From the NCBI GenBank assembly GCA_052327205.1, contig CM126221.1, forward strand, positions 46,252,001-46,316,000: a stretch of DNA of 64,000 nt. Reading direction: 5' to 3'. This document shows, piece after piece, positions 12,745 to 25,184 of this stretch (position 1 is its first letter; every line of letters starts with the position of its first letter). Origin of the DNA: Somniosus microcephalus. Its lineage: Eukaryota. The translations under genes and the position numbers were made by a program. The notes below the pieces were generated by a model. The model made no database searches and was not told where the DNA came from. It worked only from the letters and a program-made list of their open reading frames with translations.

Positions 12745-13640
12745 AACATAAGAAATAGGAGCAGGAATAGGCCACTTGGCCCCTCGAGCCTGCTCCACCA
12801 TTCAATAAGATCATGGCTGATCATGGGCTCCAAGCCACTTCCCTGCCTGCTCCCCATAACCCTTCACTCCCTTATCTTGCAAAAATCTGTCTACCTCCAC
12901 CTTAAATGTATTTAATGACCCAGCCTCCACAGCTCTCTGGGGCAGAGAATTCCACAGATTTACAACCCTCAGAGAAGAAATTCCTCCTCATCTCAGTTCT
13001 AAAGGGCGACCCTTTATTCTGAAACTATGCCCCCGAGTTCTAGATTTCCCCACGAGGGGAAACATCCTCTCTGCACCTACCTTGTCGAGCCCCCCTCAGT
13101 ACCTTATATGTTTCAATAAGATCACCTCTCATTCTTCTAAATTCCAATGAGTATAGGCCCAGCCTGCTCAACCTTTCCTCATAAGTCAACCCCCTCATCT
13201 CTGGAATTAACCTAGTGATTTGCCTCTGAACTGCCTCCAATGCAAGTATATCCTTCCTTAAATAAGGAGACCAAAACTGTACGCAGTACTCAAGGTGTGG
13301 TCTCACCAATACCCTGTACAATTGTAGCAGGACTTCCCTGCTTTTATACTCCAACCCCCTCGAAATAAAGGCCAACATTCCATTTGCCTTTTTGATTACT
13401 TGCTGTACCTGCATGCTAACTTTTTGTATTTCATGCACAAGGACCCCCAGGTCCCTCTGAACTGTAGCATTTTGTAATCTCTCTCCATTTAAATAATAAT
13501 TTGCTTTTTTATTTTTCCTGCCAAAGTGGATAACCTTGCACTTTCCCACATTATACTCCATCTGACAAATGTTTGCCCACTCACCTAGCCTGTCTCTATC
13601 CCTTTGCAGATTCTTTGAGTCCTCCGCACAAAGATTCTAT
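12745..13640 (-). mobile_element. CR1 (HER1-like) LINE 3' fragment
   Basis: ORF 13040-13561 (MEYNVGKCKVIHFG...RDLGVLV...LVRPHLEYCVQFWSP...LEFRRMRGDLIETYK) is the CR1 ORF2 C-terminus, followed by the tail cctatttcttatg. Confidence 0.92.
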
Positions 13641-13857
13641 CTGGATGTAATTTTAATGTGTTGGTGTTCCAGAGGGTAATCCTCATTATTGGGCTGTCCT
13701 TGTTACTCCAGATTATTGCTGATTAGCTGTGGTTGAAAGCAAAAGAAGAAAGACTTGCATTTATATAGCATCTTTTCACAACCTCAAAACATCCCAAAGC
13801 GATTTTCAGCCAATGGAGTACTTTTGAAATGAAATCACTGATGTTATGTAGGTTAGG

Positions 13858-14573
13858 ACGATAGCAAAATACTGCAGATGTTGGAAATCCGAAATAACAA
13901 CAGAAAATGCTGGAAAAACTCAGCAAGTCAGGCAACATCCGTGGAGAGAAATTTGAGTTGACGTTTCGGGTTTGACCCTTCTTCAAAACTGGAGAGAAAA
14001 GGAACTAGATCGAAGGCAGGGGACACCTCCGTTCAGTCCGTAAGGGTGACCCCGAGCTTCCGGTCGCCTGTCATTTCAATTCACCGCTCCATTCCCACTC
14101 GGACCTCACCGTCCTTGGCCTCTTGTACTGTTCCACGGAAGCTCAACGTAAACTCGAGGAACAGCACCTCATCTTCCGATTAGGCAGTCTGCAGCCTTTC
14201 GGTCTCAATATCGAGTTCAACAATTTCAGATCATAACCTCGGCCCCTATTTCATTTTCACTTATATTTTTCCACTCCTTTCCTTTCCCCCCCCCCCCCTT
14301 TCCTTTTGTTTCTCTCTCACACCTGGCAGCTATCTTTTGCCCTGCCAGTACACTTTACACCTAATCACAGCCTATTACCATCTCGTCTAGCTTCTAATCT
14401 CTTTTACTTCTTTTGGTTCTTTAATTCTTTTGTCCGATCGCAGCCCTGCCTTCGATCTAGTTCCTTTTCTCTCCAGTTTTGAAGAAGGGTCAAACCCGAA
14501 ACGTCAACTCAAATTTCTCTCCACGGATGTTGCCTGACTTGCTGAGTTTTTCCAGCATTTTCTGTTGTTATTT
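13858..14573 (+). mobile_element. Penelope-like element with inverted 5' pseudo-LTR
   Basis: About 130-bp inverted repeats (13892-14021 / 14444-14573) flank a GIY-YIG C-terminal fragment (HLRSVRKGDPELPVACHFNS...GLNIEFNNFRS*). 14-bp TSD ttatgtaggttagg. Confidence 0.9.
14475..14509 (+). ncRNA. Minimal type-I hammerhead ribozyme motif (C3U variant); mirror copy on the minus strand at 13956-13990
   Basis: AGTT-TTGAAGA-A-GGGT-CAA-ACCC-GAAA-C-GTC-AACT: stem I AGTT/AACT, stem II GGGT/ACCC, palindromic ACGT at stem III, GUC cleavage triplet. Confidence 0.7.
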
Positions 14574-15974
14574 ATGTAGGTTAGGGTTGTGTCCTTGAAA
14601 GATGAGCAGACGTTGAAGTTTCTTTGCTTTCTGTTCATTAGATCTATCTTAGTTCAGGCTCTAACCAAGGTCTTTATAAACTTTGTCAGTATGGAATGGT
14701 GGTATGTGTTGTATGAATACAGTCCAAATGGAGATCTTCAGTTGGCCATAGGCAATTAAAATAGAATAGTCCCATTCTGACAATTGCCTGCAGGCTCTTA
14801 CAGATTACTTACTGGCTCTTCACAATGCTTAACATGGTTGTAAAGACTCACTGATGTTCCTACAGTCATGTTGTACAATCATGGTCAGGTTTGGTTTTTA
14901 AAATGTTCAAATCATATTGATACAATTAAAGCCACTGACCTCACAACTTGTCATTTTTTCCTTGAGTTCTTATTATTTTTGGGGTGGTGCTTTTCTACAA
15001 TAAAAGCGCTAATATAAACACACAGACATAGGAAAAAGGATAGGAAAAGGCCAGCAGGTCCACTGAGCCTGTCCCAACCCATCACTCCTATTCCATATCC
15101 CACAGCCCCCCCTCCCCGTCCCCCCCCACACCCGACTCCCTGCAGTCACATAATCACATGGGTGAAGCAACAAAACAGAGAGGAAAAACTTCGGCTGATT
15201 TAGGGAAAAAAACACTGGGAAATTCCTCTCTGACCCTAAGACAATCAGGCTAGCTGCAGGAGATCATGGTGACTGATGAAACTAGCCCCCATTGACCCAG
15301 CTACCTTCTATAGGTCGAGATGTTTACCACTCACAGGAACTCATCCAGCAACCTTTTGAATCCACAAATGCGAGTTATTGTTGTTCTTTGTTGATGGGTT
15401 CTCATTAAAAAGAACAACCAAAAATGCATCTAAAAAGTTCCTTGTACTCTTAAAGATATTTCAGCTTAAAGTCGTCAGATTGTGTTTATTTACTCAGTTC
15501 TGCAGTTGATTGATTGATTGATCGCACCTAATGCCTGGCTGCTGCAGACCAATCATTTTCCTCAGGGATGGGGCTGTAAATCTCTATAAATCTCTGTAAA
15601 TCTCTACCTCTTATTGTAATATTCCACACCCTGATCATCTCAGTCATCAACTGTCCCATTTTCAAACACCGATTGTTATTGAATTCCTATATATATTCAG
15701 TTCATGCAGCACACAGTTGACTTTACAGCAATGGCTTTACAAATTGTCAGATAAATAGTAGAAAGATTTAATCAACTATCCAGTAGTTAACACATCAGAG
15801 AAAAGAAAGCACATAATGTGTTTAGTTAAACAAGGTGTTGTCACTGCATCAGAATTGATTTAGGTAGTCACAGTCCTCAGCGCAGTCTGGAATAATCTTT
15901 CAAAAGTCAATTCACACATCAGCAATATTTTCTTAGTATGTTTTCTAGTACATGATACAGTCAGAAATAAATGG

Positions 15975-16640
15975 ACGCCAAGCCAAAGAAGGAGATATTA
16001 GGAGGGGGCAACCAAAAGCTTGGTCAAAGAGGTGAGCTGTAAGGAGTTTCCAAAAAAACAGAGGGAGATGGAGAGGCAGAGGGGCTTCGCAGGGAATTTC
16101 AGAGTGTGGGGCTTAGGCAGCTGAAGGTACTGCTGCCAACATTGGGTGAAGGGAGGGGCGATGTATAAAGGCCAGAGTCGGAGCAACAAAGAATGGGGTG
16201 GGGGCAGGATTAAGGTTACGGAGATAGGGAGGGATTTAAGCACAAGGGTGAGAATTTTAAATTGGAGATGCTGGGGGACTTGGAGCCAATGTAGGTCATC
16301 AAGAACAGGGGTGATAGGTGAATGAGACTTGGTGATGGATAGGATGCAGGCAGGAAAGTTTTGAAGTTTACCGTGGATGGAGAATGGGAAGCCAGGAGAG
16401 CATTGGAATAGTCGGGTCTGGAGGAGACAAAGGCATGGATGAGAGTTTCAGCAGCAGATGGGCTAAGGCAGGGGCGGAGGCAGGCAATGTTATGGAGGTG
16501 GAAGTAGACAGTCTTTGTGATGGATAGGATATAGGGTCCGAAGTTCAACTCAGTCGAGTAGGATGCCAAGTTTGCAAACCATCTAGTTCAGCCTGAGACT
16601 ATGGCTGGGGAGGGGAGTGGAATTCATGGTAAGGGTGTGC
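15975..16640 (-). mobile_element. L2-clade LINE 3' fragment
   Basis: ORF 16216-16569 (ITKTVYFHLHNIACLRPCLSPSAAETLIHAFVSSRPDYSNALL) is a typical L2 reverse transcriptase C-terminus. Confidence 0.85.
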
Positions 16641-17299
16641 TACTTGTTTTTACAGCATCATTTCCTGTTCAAGAACGAAGGGTGTTCTGGGTTTGACTGT
16701 TTGATCTTCTTTATGGTGTATATGGAGTTTATATGAAGTTTCGGTTAGTCTGATCTGATGAAAGATGCTATTTTGCTCCCAGTGTAATTTTGTTAGAATA
16801 TACTTTGACTGTACTGTTCTGGCAGTGAAGCCTCCTGACAGTAAACTTTTTCTTGGTTTCTAACATTCAAATGCTTTGTAATTAGACCCTGCATTCTGGT
16901 TGTTGTGAAGTTGTCTGAGCACTTTGTTTATTAATAATCAATTTCTTTTTGTCTTGCTAACAGTTTTTGAATTGCATCCATTTCATTCATAGAAAGTAGA
17001 ATGGTACAATTTGTTCCAACCTAAAAGTAACTGAGCACTGTTTGAAATCCATAAAACCAGCTCTCTCGTCTTGTGCTTTGGACACTGCTAGAAGAATTTA
17101 CTAGGCTATCCTTCATCTACTCCCCTTACTACCCTTTTAAAAAAAAAACCCTGAATCATATTTCCTCCTAATCTTCATTCATTTTTAAAAGAATTGTAGT
17201 GAAGTGATACAATGTCCTTGGACATAAACTCCAAGCATCTGGCACTCTAATGGACTCTAATCTCAGACTAATCAGCATCTCACCCTGCAGAGACAGTGC

Positions 17300-17870
17300 C
17301 AAAGACAGGTCTTTAGATCCTTTGCTCCACCTTCCACAACATACGATCATTCATCTTGTAGTCAGAGTAAATACATTTTGCATCTATTTGCATCATCTTT
17401 CATTAATTCATGTAAAATGCCACTTACCATTTACAAGGCCAAAGTAGTCTGCTTCTCTGCATTTCTTTGAATAGTATCTGCATCCTGTACAAGCCTGTCT
17501 CCCACACAGAGTTATGCTACTAGCAAACTTGGATATGACGCGGTTCTCTAGGTCATTTATGAACACTGAGAATAGTCACGATCCAGGGATTGAATCCACT
17601 AAGTGGCACTCCCCAGCTCAAACAGTACCCATTTATAATTAACCTCAGTTTCTAATTATCCAGAAATGTTTTAATCTGCTTTGCTGCTTCTCCCTAATTC
17701 CATGAACTCTCACATTCTTTACCAGTCTTTTGTGAGGTACTTTATCAAATGTCTTTTGAAAGTCAAGATATAGAGCATCCACTTAGTTGCATGTTTTAAA
17801 AGGTTCATAAGTTGGAAAGCTGTGAGCTCCCGCTCACAAACACATGCTGACATTCATTAATCATTTTTAT
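17300..17870 (-). mobile_element. Old CR1-like reverse transcriptase remnant
   Basis: Minus-strand residual motifs such as VDALYLDFQKTFDKVPHKRL (17715-17782), decayed. Confidence 0.55.
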
Positions 17871-17907
17871 TTTTGACACCTGATCCTGAATTGTATTTCA
17901 CATTAGC

Positions 17908-18080
17908 TGGTCATTCATCTAGTTGCTGTTTGTGGGATCTTGCTGTGCAGAGATTGCCTGCTGCATTTGCCTGCACAACAGTCACTGCACTTCAAAGTAA
18001 TTCACTGTATGCAAAACAATTTGGGGGGTTTCTGAGGGGCAGGATATAGTGCAAGCTATATAAATGCAAGTCTTTCTTTC
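17908..18080 (+). mobile_element. Degenerate DeuSINE 3' fragment
   Basis: ctggtcatt...gctgtttgtgggatcttgctgtgc...tataaatgcaagtctttctttc. Confidence 0.7.
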
Positions 18081-19299
18081 AATTTTGTTTACGTAATGCT
18101 CTCAGGTATTTTTTTTCACTGTTTCTGATGTTAAGTGTTTTGTTTTTTAATTCTCTTGGCCATGCTTCTGAAATCCAAAGCCTATGAGCCACTGTCGAGC
18201 GAGCGGACATCTATCACTTTTGCTGAGTTGCTGAACGTTTCTGTCAAAGATTTCTTTAATTACACTTTCCGACATTAAATATCTCATATGATGATACAGA
18301 TGCAGTTTGAAAAGCATAGAGGAGATTCAGTGCTCAAAGAGTTAATTAATGCAATCTTTCGTTACCTTTGCTTGAGTTAGAGTAATGTATTTTCACTGTG
18401 ATACATGAAGCAGTACAGACACTTTTATCATTAGACACAGTACAGACACTCTGTCATTTGTGCTTATCAGTGCTCTGAGAACAGAGACAGAATGTTTTTA
18501 CAGAAAGTCACAGACTTGATCTGTTTTTCAAACATGATAGTGACAAGCAAATTAACCATCTTGTGATGCTGTCGGGTTTAACTGTATGTCATAATATGTC
18601 ACAGTGGATTGGAAAGTATTCCACATGTGTGGTCAGTCTTATTGTAAACTGCCAGGCAAGTGGAAGATTTTCTATTATTGGCCCGGTTTAGAAAATGAAA
18701 ACCCTGTTAACAAGGGTATATTGAGACCAATTTACCTCATCATTGATAATATGTAATATAATATATTAAAATTGCATTTTAGGAAAACTCCTTAATATCC
18801 AATTGTAAAGATCACAGTTGATTCAATATTCTGCCACCAGCCTGGGTTGTATTATGCACGATGTTGTTTCTAGGGTAGCAACTTAAATGTTTCTTTGTTG
18901 CCATAACTTTTAAGAGAATACACTGATTCTAGTTTCTTCATATTGGCTTGGCTCAGGTTTCTGGCCTGGTTTTCACTCATCCCTAGCCTCTACAGTAGCC
19001 TTGCCACCATGTTCAGTACATATATTCCTGTGAGTACTGGAAGTCCCTAACATGGGGTAGGACACCAGCCTTTTTTCAATCACTTGCCGTTGACAAGAAT
19101 AATGTTCATGAGAACATAAAGGAAACATAGATAACGTTTCATTAAATTGAAACATTACATTTTAATAAGGCTTTCACATCACCTTAAAACACTGCATGAA
19201 GCAGCTACTGTATCAACTTTATTACACTTAAGACTCTCAACTGAATTATTAAAGTTATAATATACCATTGACTTTTGATTCCATATACAATTTTTTTTA

Positions 19300-19890
19300 C
19301 ATAGAATTTACAGCACAGAAACAGGGCAATCGGCCCAACTGGTCTATACCAGTGTTTATGCCCCACACGAGGCTCATAGAAACATAGAAGATAGGAACAG
19401 GAGTAGGCCATTCGGCCCCTCGAGCCTGTTCCGCCATTTAATGAGATCATGGCTGATCATCCAAATTCAGTACCCTATCCCTCCCACCCTACTTCATCTA
19501 ACCTTATCAGCACACCCTTCTATTCCTTTCTTCCTCACGTACTTATCTAGCTTCCTCGCAAATGCATCTGCCTCAACTACTCCCTGTGGTAGCAAGTTCC
19601 ACATTCTAACCACTCTCTGGGTAAAGAAGTTTCTCCTGAATTCCTTATTGGATTTATTAGTGACTATCTTATATTTATGACCCCTAGTTTTGGTCTGTTT
19701 CACAAGTGGAAACATCTTCTCTATGTCTACCCTATCAAGCCCCTTCATAATTTTGAAGACCTCTATTAGGTCACACCTCAGCCTTCTCTTTTCTGGAGAA
19801 AAGAGATCCAGCCTATTAAATCTTTCCTGATAGTTACAACCTCTCAGTTCTGGTATCATTCCTGTAAATCTGTTTTGCATTTTTTGGAAC
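19300..19890 (-). mobile_element. CR1 LINE 3' fragment with a nested second CR1 tail
   Basis: ORF 19494-19934 (FTGMIPELRG...EKRRLRCDLIEVFKIMKG...TRGHKYK...RRNFFTQRVVRMWN). A second tail (atagaaacatagaagatagg...) sits at about 19376-19460. Confidence 0.88.
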
Positions 19891-22800
19891 ATTTTTAGTA
19901 ATAAAGATTGAACGATTATACAAGGTCCAGTCAACTATAACTCTCATATGTATTTAGTGATTTTTTTTCTTGTTAACTGAATGATTTTTTGACTTTGATT
20001 TTAATTTTAAACTTTTTGATAACGACATAAGCTATAACCTGAGCGAGGTTACTCATGCAACTTTGTAGCAAAATGTAGCAGAAATTAGAAATCAAAACTG
20101 AAATCTTAGGTAGATTAATGGAGCACTGCATTCATAAAAAGGCTTGCGGGGAGAGAACGTGCTGTGGAACAAACAGCTATTCACCATTTATTCATTGACT
20201 GCACATATTTTAAAGGAGCACTGCTTTCATATAAATGTATTTATCAAGGCTTTCTTTCTGTTGGTTGGGGAGAGAGAAGAGTTAATTGCCACTTTCATTC
20301 TGATAACGTCCCGCACAATGGCGTGATGATGACGGTGTTATGTGCTTGTAAACAAATGAAGTTTGATAAGAGAATTTTAATGAAGACAGTGCCTCTTTAA
20401 TATATTAACTGATTGATTCATTGATTGGTCTTTGTGTGCAGAAGAGGAACTGATTGAGTCACAACCCTGGAAGCATTGTGTTACAACAAATCAACTGGAA
20501 CTTGGTCAGATCTGCTAAGGACATTAAGATAGTAAGAGCAATAGACACAGCAAAAGATGTGGATCAGTTATGCAGTTGGGCAGAGACAAATTAAATTTAA
20601 CACTACAAAGGGATTGTGAAAAATATGGAACAATACATAAGTGTATAATGAAGAATTAAATGATCAGAGAGAGACTTGGGCTGCTTTATTTCAGATTCCA
20701 GGAAGCCATGTCTGTGAGATGGCTCTCGGTGTTTACATTACTAAATCCAACTTTCTTATCCTGGCAACTGACTCATCTGGGTCTACAAGTCAAATACAGG
20801 AATGAGGGAACCAGCTCATGGGCACTGGTCTCTTGGAATATGAATAAAAGCAGCGCCACTATAAAAACAGCTTCGGAAAGTACTGCTTGGTTGTTTTCTT
20901 CTGTCCTTGAACCTGCTGAGAGCACCTGTTTATGATGTTGTCTTTGGTACACAGCTTGTCCTTTCTCTCCCACCATGCCTTGTTGCACTGAGTATGATTG
21001 TCTCCCTCTCGGGCACTCACTGTCACTCTTGTGTCATTTTGCTTGGCATTCCTCAAGTTGGTTGGCCCTCAGCGATCTTACATTGCAGGTAAGCAAAGTG
21101 CTATGAACCCCCCTTAAGTCTGTAAACAGATCCTATTAGTGTGAAACTAGTTCTTTGAATACAATTTTTTTAAACATCTTTGATCTTCAACAGAAACAAG
21201 ACAGGATGATACTGAATTCTTCTTCCTGAAATCATAGATGGGTGGGTGGGGAGGTAAAGAAGAGAGAACACTATGCTGAAAATTCTCTGCACAGTATTCT
21301 CCTTTAACTTGGAATTAATGCTGTGGAAGTGGAAGTCACATACAATTTGAATCCAAAAGGGGCAGCAGTTTCTCACCTTACTTTTTTCTTGGCTATCTTA
21401 AACCTCTAATCTGCTTATTTTGCTGTAAGTTTCAAATTAATTATTTACTTTTTTATCTATTGAATTTATATAATCCTTCAGTATACAAATGAGTTCCTGA
21501 GTTCCCCATGCTGTCTTTAGTATCCTAGTAACATTCTTTCACTGGTAGATTGGGCACCATCATAAAGTTTCTACTTATTTTATCAAACATGCATGGGTTA
21601 AAATTTACAGTAGCCCAGGTAGTAAAATGTGACTCAGGCGACTTATTTTCTAATATTGGCAACCCAGCTGACTACTTACCTTTTCCTTTTGGAAATGCTA
21701 ACTTTGAAAAGCAAATGCAGTCAACGTGGTTAACAACGTGCTGAACTTCATCATGCATTTAACACAATAGCCATTGTCTATAGAAATACAGCTTCCAAGT
21801 GCAAAAATCAAATTAACCCTTAGGATATTTAGGCTGCACCAAATGTGTTGTGCAGGTAGACTAGCATTTAAAAGAATAATTTCTTCCCCATGAAATATCT
21901 CACCAAATAGTCCTTAAACAAGAAACATTTGGGCACATCTGAATCTTTCAGGTTCTAAACTACAGCAAAGGTAGGGCCAGAAAAATACTTCATCTTGTAA
22001 GTCAGGGACAAAAGCATCAGTCTAGGATTTTACCATCCAAGTTTAAGACGCCAGTACTGACAGGAGGTCCTGTCATTATCATCTGTTTGTGCAGCTTCCT
22101 GATAACACCAGTGCCTTGCAGTAGAGTGACTGAACTAACGCATGGGAAGTTCTTCACGAATGTCCAATTTTTAAAACTGGCATAAGTCAGTGAATCAGCT
22201 AGATTTTTGGTAGGGGTTTGAGATTTACTTAACAGAGATTTATTGAGAACAGTCAGCTGGAATGAAGACTGATCCTATTAGAGAATGTTATACATTTCCG
22301 CTGAATAAAAAGCAGAGGAAAGATCTGATTGCTGGTCCAGTAACACAGCCGGGCTATTACACACAAAGTGAATAGCGAACTAACCTGAAATTGATTCGGT
22401 CACACTCAGCTGACCAGCTTTAAATACACAACTTGGCTGATATAGCAGGAGGGGGAAAGTTTCCATTGTTTAGCTAATTATAACAAAATTATAAACATGT
22501 AGAAAGAACACATTTACAATTTCACTATAAAGACCAAACACTGGAAGTCTCTCTGCTAACCAGTAATACATGAGATGGTGTGTGTATGTATCAGGGCTTT
22601 TCTATACCAGTACCTGCTTTGGCAAAAGGTGATATCCCTATATAGATGCACTTTGGAGTTTATTGTTGCCATTCAATCCCGTAATGAATATCGACCATTT
22701 TTTCAGATCTCTTGTGATGTTACTCATGGTAATCCAGGTGATATGCAATTTTTTAAGGGCAGGAGAGCCATGTCATGTAATTCACAATGTATTAATCTGC

Positions 22801-24405
22801 TCAAGTGGAGCAATGTTTTTTTTAAGCCCACAATGTCTAGTTGTTGTTAAGTAAATCAGGCATTTAATTGTTGTTTGATTAAAGAAATTTGCAGATTAGG
22901 ATGTACTTGTTAATTTCACGCTGCAGCTCAGAAGCAGACAACACCTTCAGATTGATTTGCACCTGTAACAAAAAGTGTGACACTGATATATAAGTCAATA
23001 TCTTATGTAGAGTGCTTAAATTAAAAAAATGCATTCTGATGAAATGCCAGCAAACAGAGAACAGGCATGGAGTAACAGTTTACATAACCGTCTATAAAAT
23101 CCTTATGCAGAGGCACAAGAATCACAATGCAAATCCTAAAATCAACACTAAGTATACTGTGACTTATTACAGTGCTGCAATAGCCAATCACAGGGTTCTT
23201 ATTGATCCCACAGTGACCTAATCTCTAAAGAGGGAAATCCTGTGTTCTGTTCCTGCTGCTCAGATACCTTCAGTGTCCTGACATGATTGTATCAGCACAG
23301 CTATGGGTTCAATCACCAGTGCAAATATAGTAACTGAGATAGTGGGAACCACCGGTGGCTCCATTTACACAGAACAAAGTCTGGCAATTACATTCCATTA
23401 GTAATCACAGTGTCTCTTGAATCCTCATAAAGTGTTCTTACAGCGTGGGAAGTCGTCCCCGAAAGCTTATGGGCAGAACAAGCAAAACATCACTGTAATC
23501 ACCAGGTGGGCTTTATGCGTCAACAGAAGACATCAGAGCTAGTATCCTTTTGCCATCAGCATATTGATGATTATTACTTTATAAGTGAAAATAACTTATT
23601 GCACATTATCTGCTGGTTGGTGGTTTTAATCAACCTTGTTTAAACATGCTTCATTAACTTAGACAGTGTAATCACATGTAAGAATAAAATCACTTTTTAC
23701 ACTGCATGATTCATAAATGCTCCATTCTCAACATGTTTACTTCTTAAAGAGGCCTGAAGCTTGAATTAAAAAAGGATTTAATTATCCTCATCCTTTCTTC
23801 CCAATTCTCCCCCCTTATGGCCCGTAGGTGCTGACTGTTGCTGGTTCAATAGCCATCAAACCTCCTCCAATGCCTTCCCCAAATGGTCATTCTCCGTGTG
23901 TGAACCCCAACGACTAGTGTCAGCAGGTGATTCAGCTGTACAGAGTTTAACAGCAAAGCCCAATCCTGTCCTCACCCAATGGCCACACGTCCAGCAAGGG
24001 TCACCTGATTGAGATTAGGTGCTGGCTGATTTTTTTCCTTCTGTGCCCAGAAGCTTTGTAACCAACTGTAGCTTCCCAACTCTGATTCTGTTTAGAAAAG
24101 AAAGAATATAGAAGCTGCAGGGAAGGGATAGGGAAATGGTATTAGAGCAGATAGCTCCAGTTGAAGAGCGGGCACTGACTCAGGCCTGATAGTTCTGTGC
24201 AGTAATTCTATAATTCCAGCGACTGCCCCAACTGAGATCAGAAGACACATATCAAACCTGGGACCCTTTGCTTTGTCTGGCTTTGTGCTCCAGCAAGCAG
24301 TGTCATTACCCATTCAGGCCTTCAGGGGAGCTTTAATGTATATTCCAATGTACCGATGTTATCTGCTGACTGATAATTAACATACCTGTATTCAGCATAC
24401 TTCAT

Positions 24406-25184
24406 TGGCCCGGATTTTGTGGTCAGCGGCGATCGAACGGCGCCAGCCGTTCATTACACTTACACTTGGCCACAGACTTTCTGTGGGCTTTTGCACTGCA
24501 ACTTGCAGTTATTAGAGAGTCAAAACAATGCGGCACCCTCTACAGGGGACCGGAGACCTGTGTGACCAGTGTGTCTCCTTAACCAATCAGATTGAAGAAT
24601 CCTTACGCAGAGTTTAAATCAGGAAGTGTAAGTTAGAAAATTTAATTCGATGCCAAATCATGTGCAGAAATGAAAATAAAGAGAGGGAAAGAAAGATGGG
24701 ACTAAGAGAGAGAGAGAGGGAGACATAAAAGAGATAGAAAGAAAAAGTAAAAGACAAAGTTTTATTTTAATTTTTTTTTAAATCTCCAATTATAATTAAA
24801 ATTTGAAGGAATGAGACTCCACACTTGTAAAAGTACATTTTCAGTGCCAGAGAGGTTGTTTGGCAGTAATTAAGACTTACCGCACCAGTAAAAATTCACT
24901 TACACTTGAATGGACAAGTCCTAACTTTTTCTGGCATGTTTAGTGGGCATCTATTGGGTAAGTTCCGCAAATTCACGCCCTTCCATGTATGGTGATGCCA
25001 AGTCTCTCAGTGAGATACTGTTCGAGTGAAGCTTCTGGAGGAGCAGGGCAACTCGGACAGCAACTTCATGATTTCTGCGTTTAACTGCGCATGTGCGGAC
25101 ACCAGAAATTGCTGTCCGTTTTCCTCCTTAATAAGAGTGAGTGCTGAGAGCCTCACCGTTATTCTTACTGCAAAATCCGGGCCA
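24406..25184. mobile_element. MITE (Harbinger-like, family B)
   Basis: Perfect 14-bp TIR TGGCCCGGATTTTG / CAAAATCCGGGCCA with a non-coding interior. Confidence 0.82.

Noticed and set aside
20695-21088. Possible plus-strand exon (ttcag acceptor, caggtaag donor)
   Set aside because: The two frames I translated stop inside the segment, the track shows no ORF spanning it, and I see no protein similarity or partner exons.
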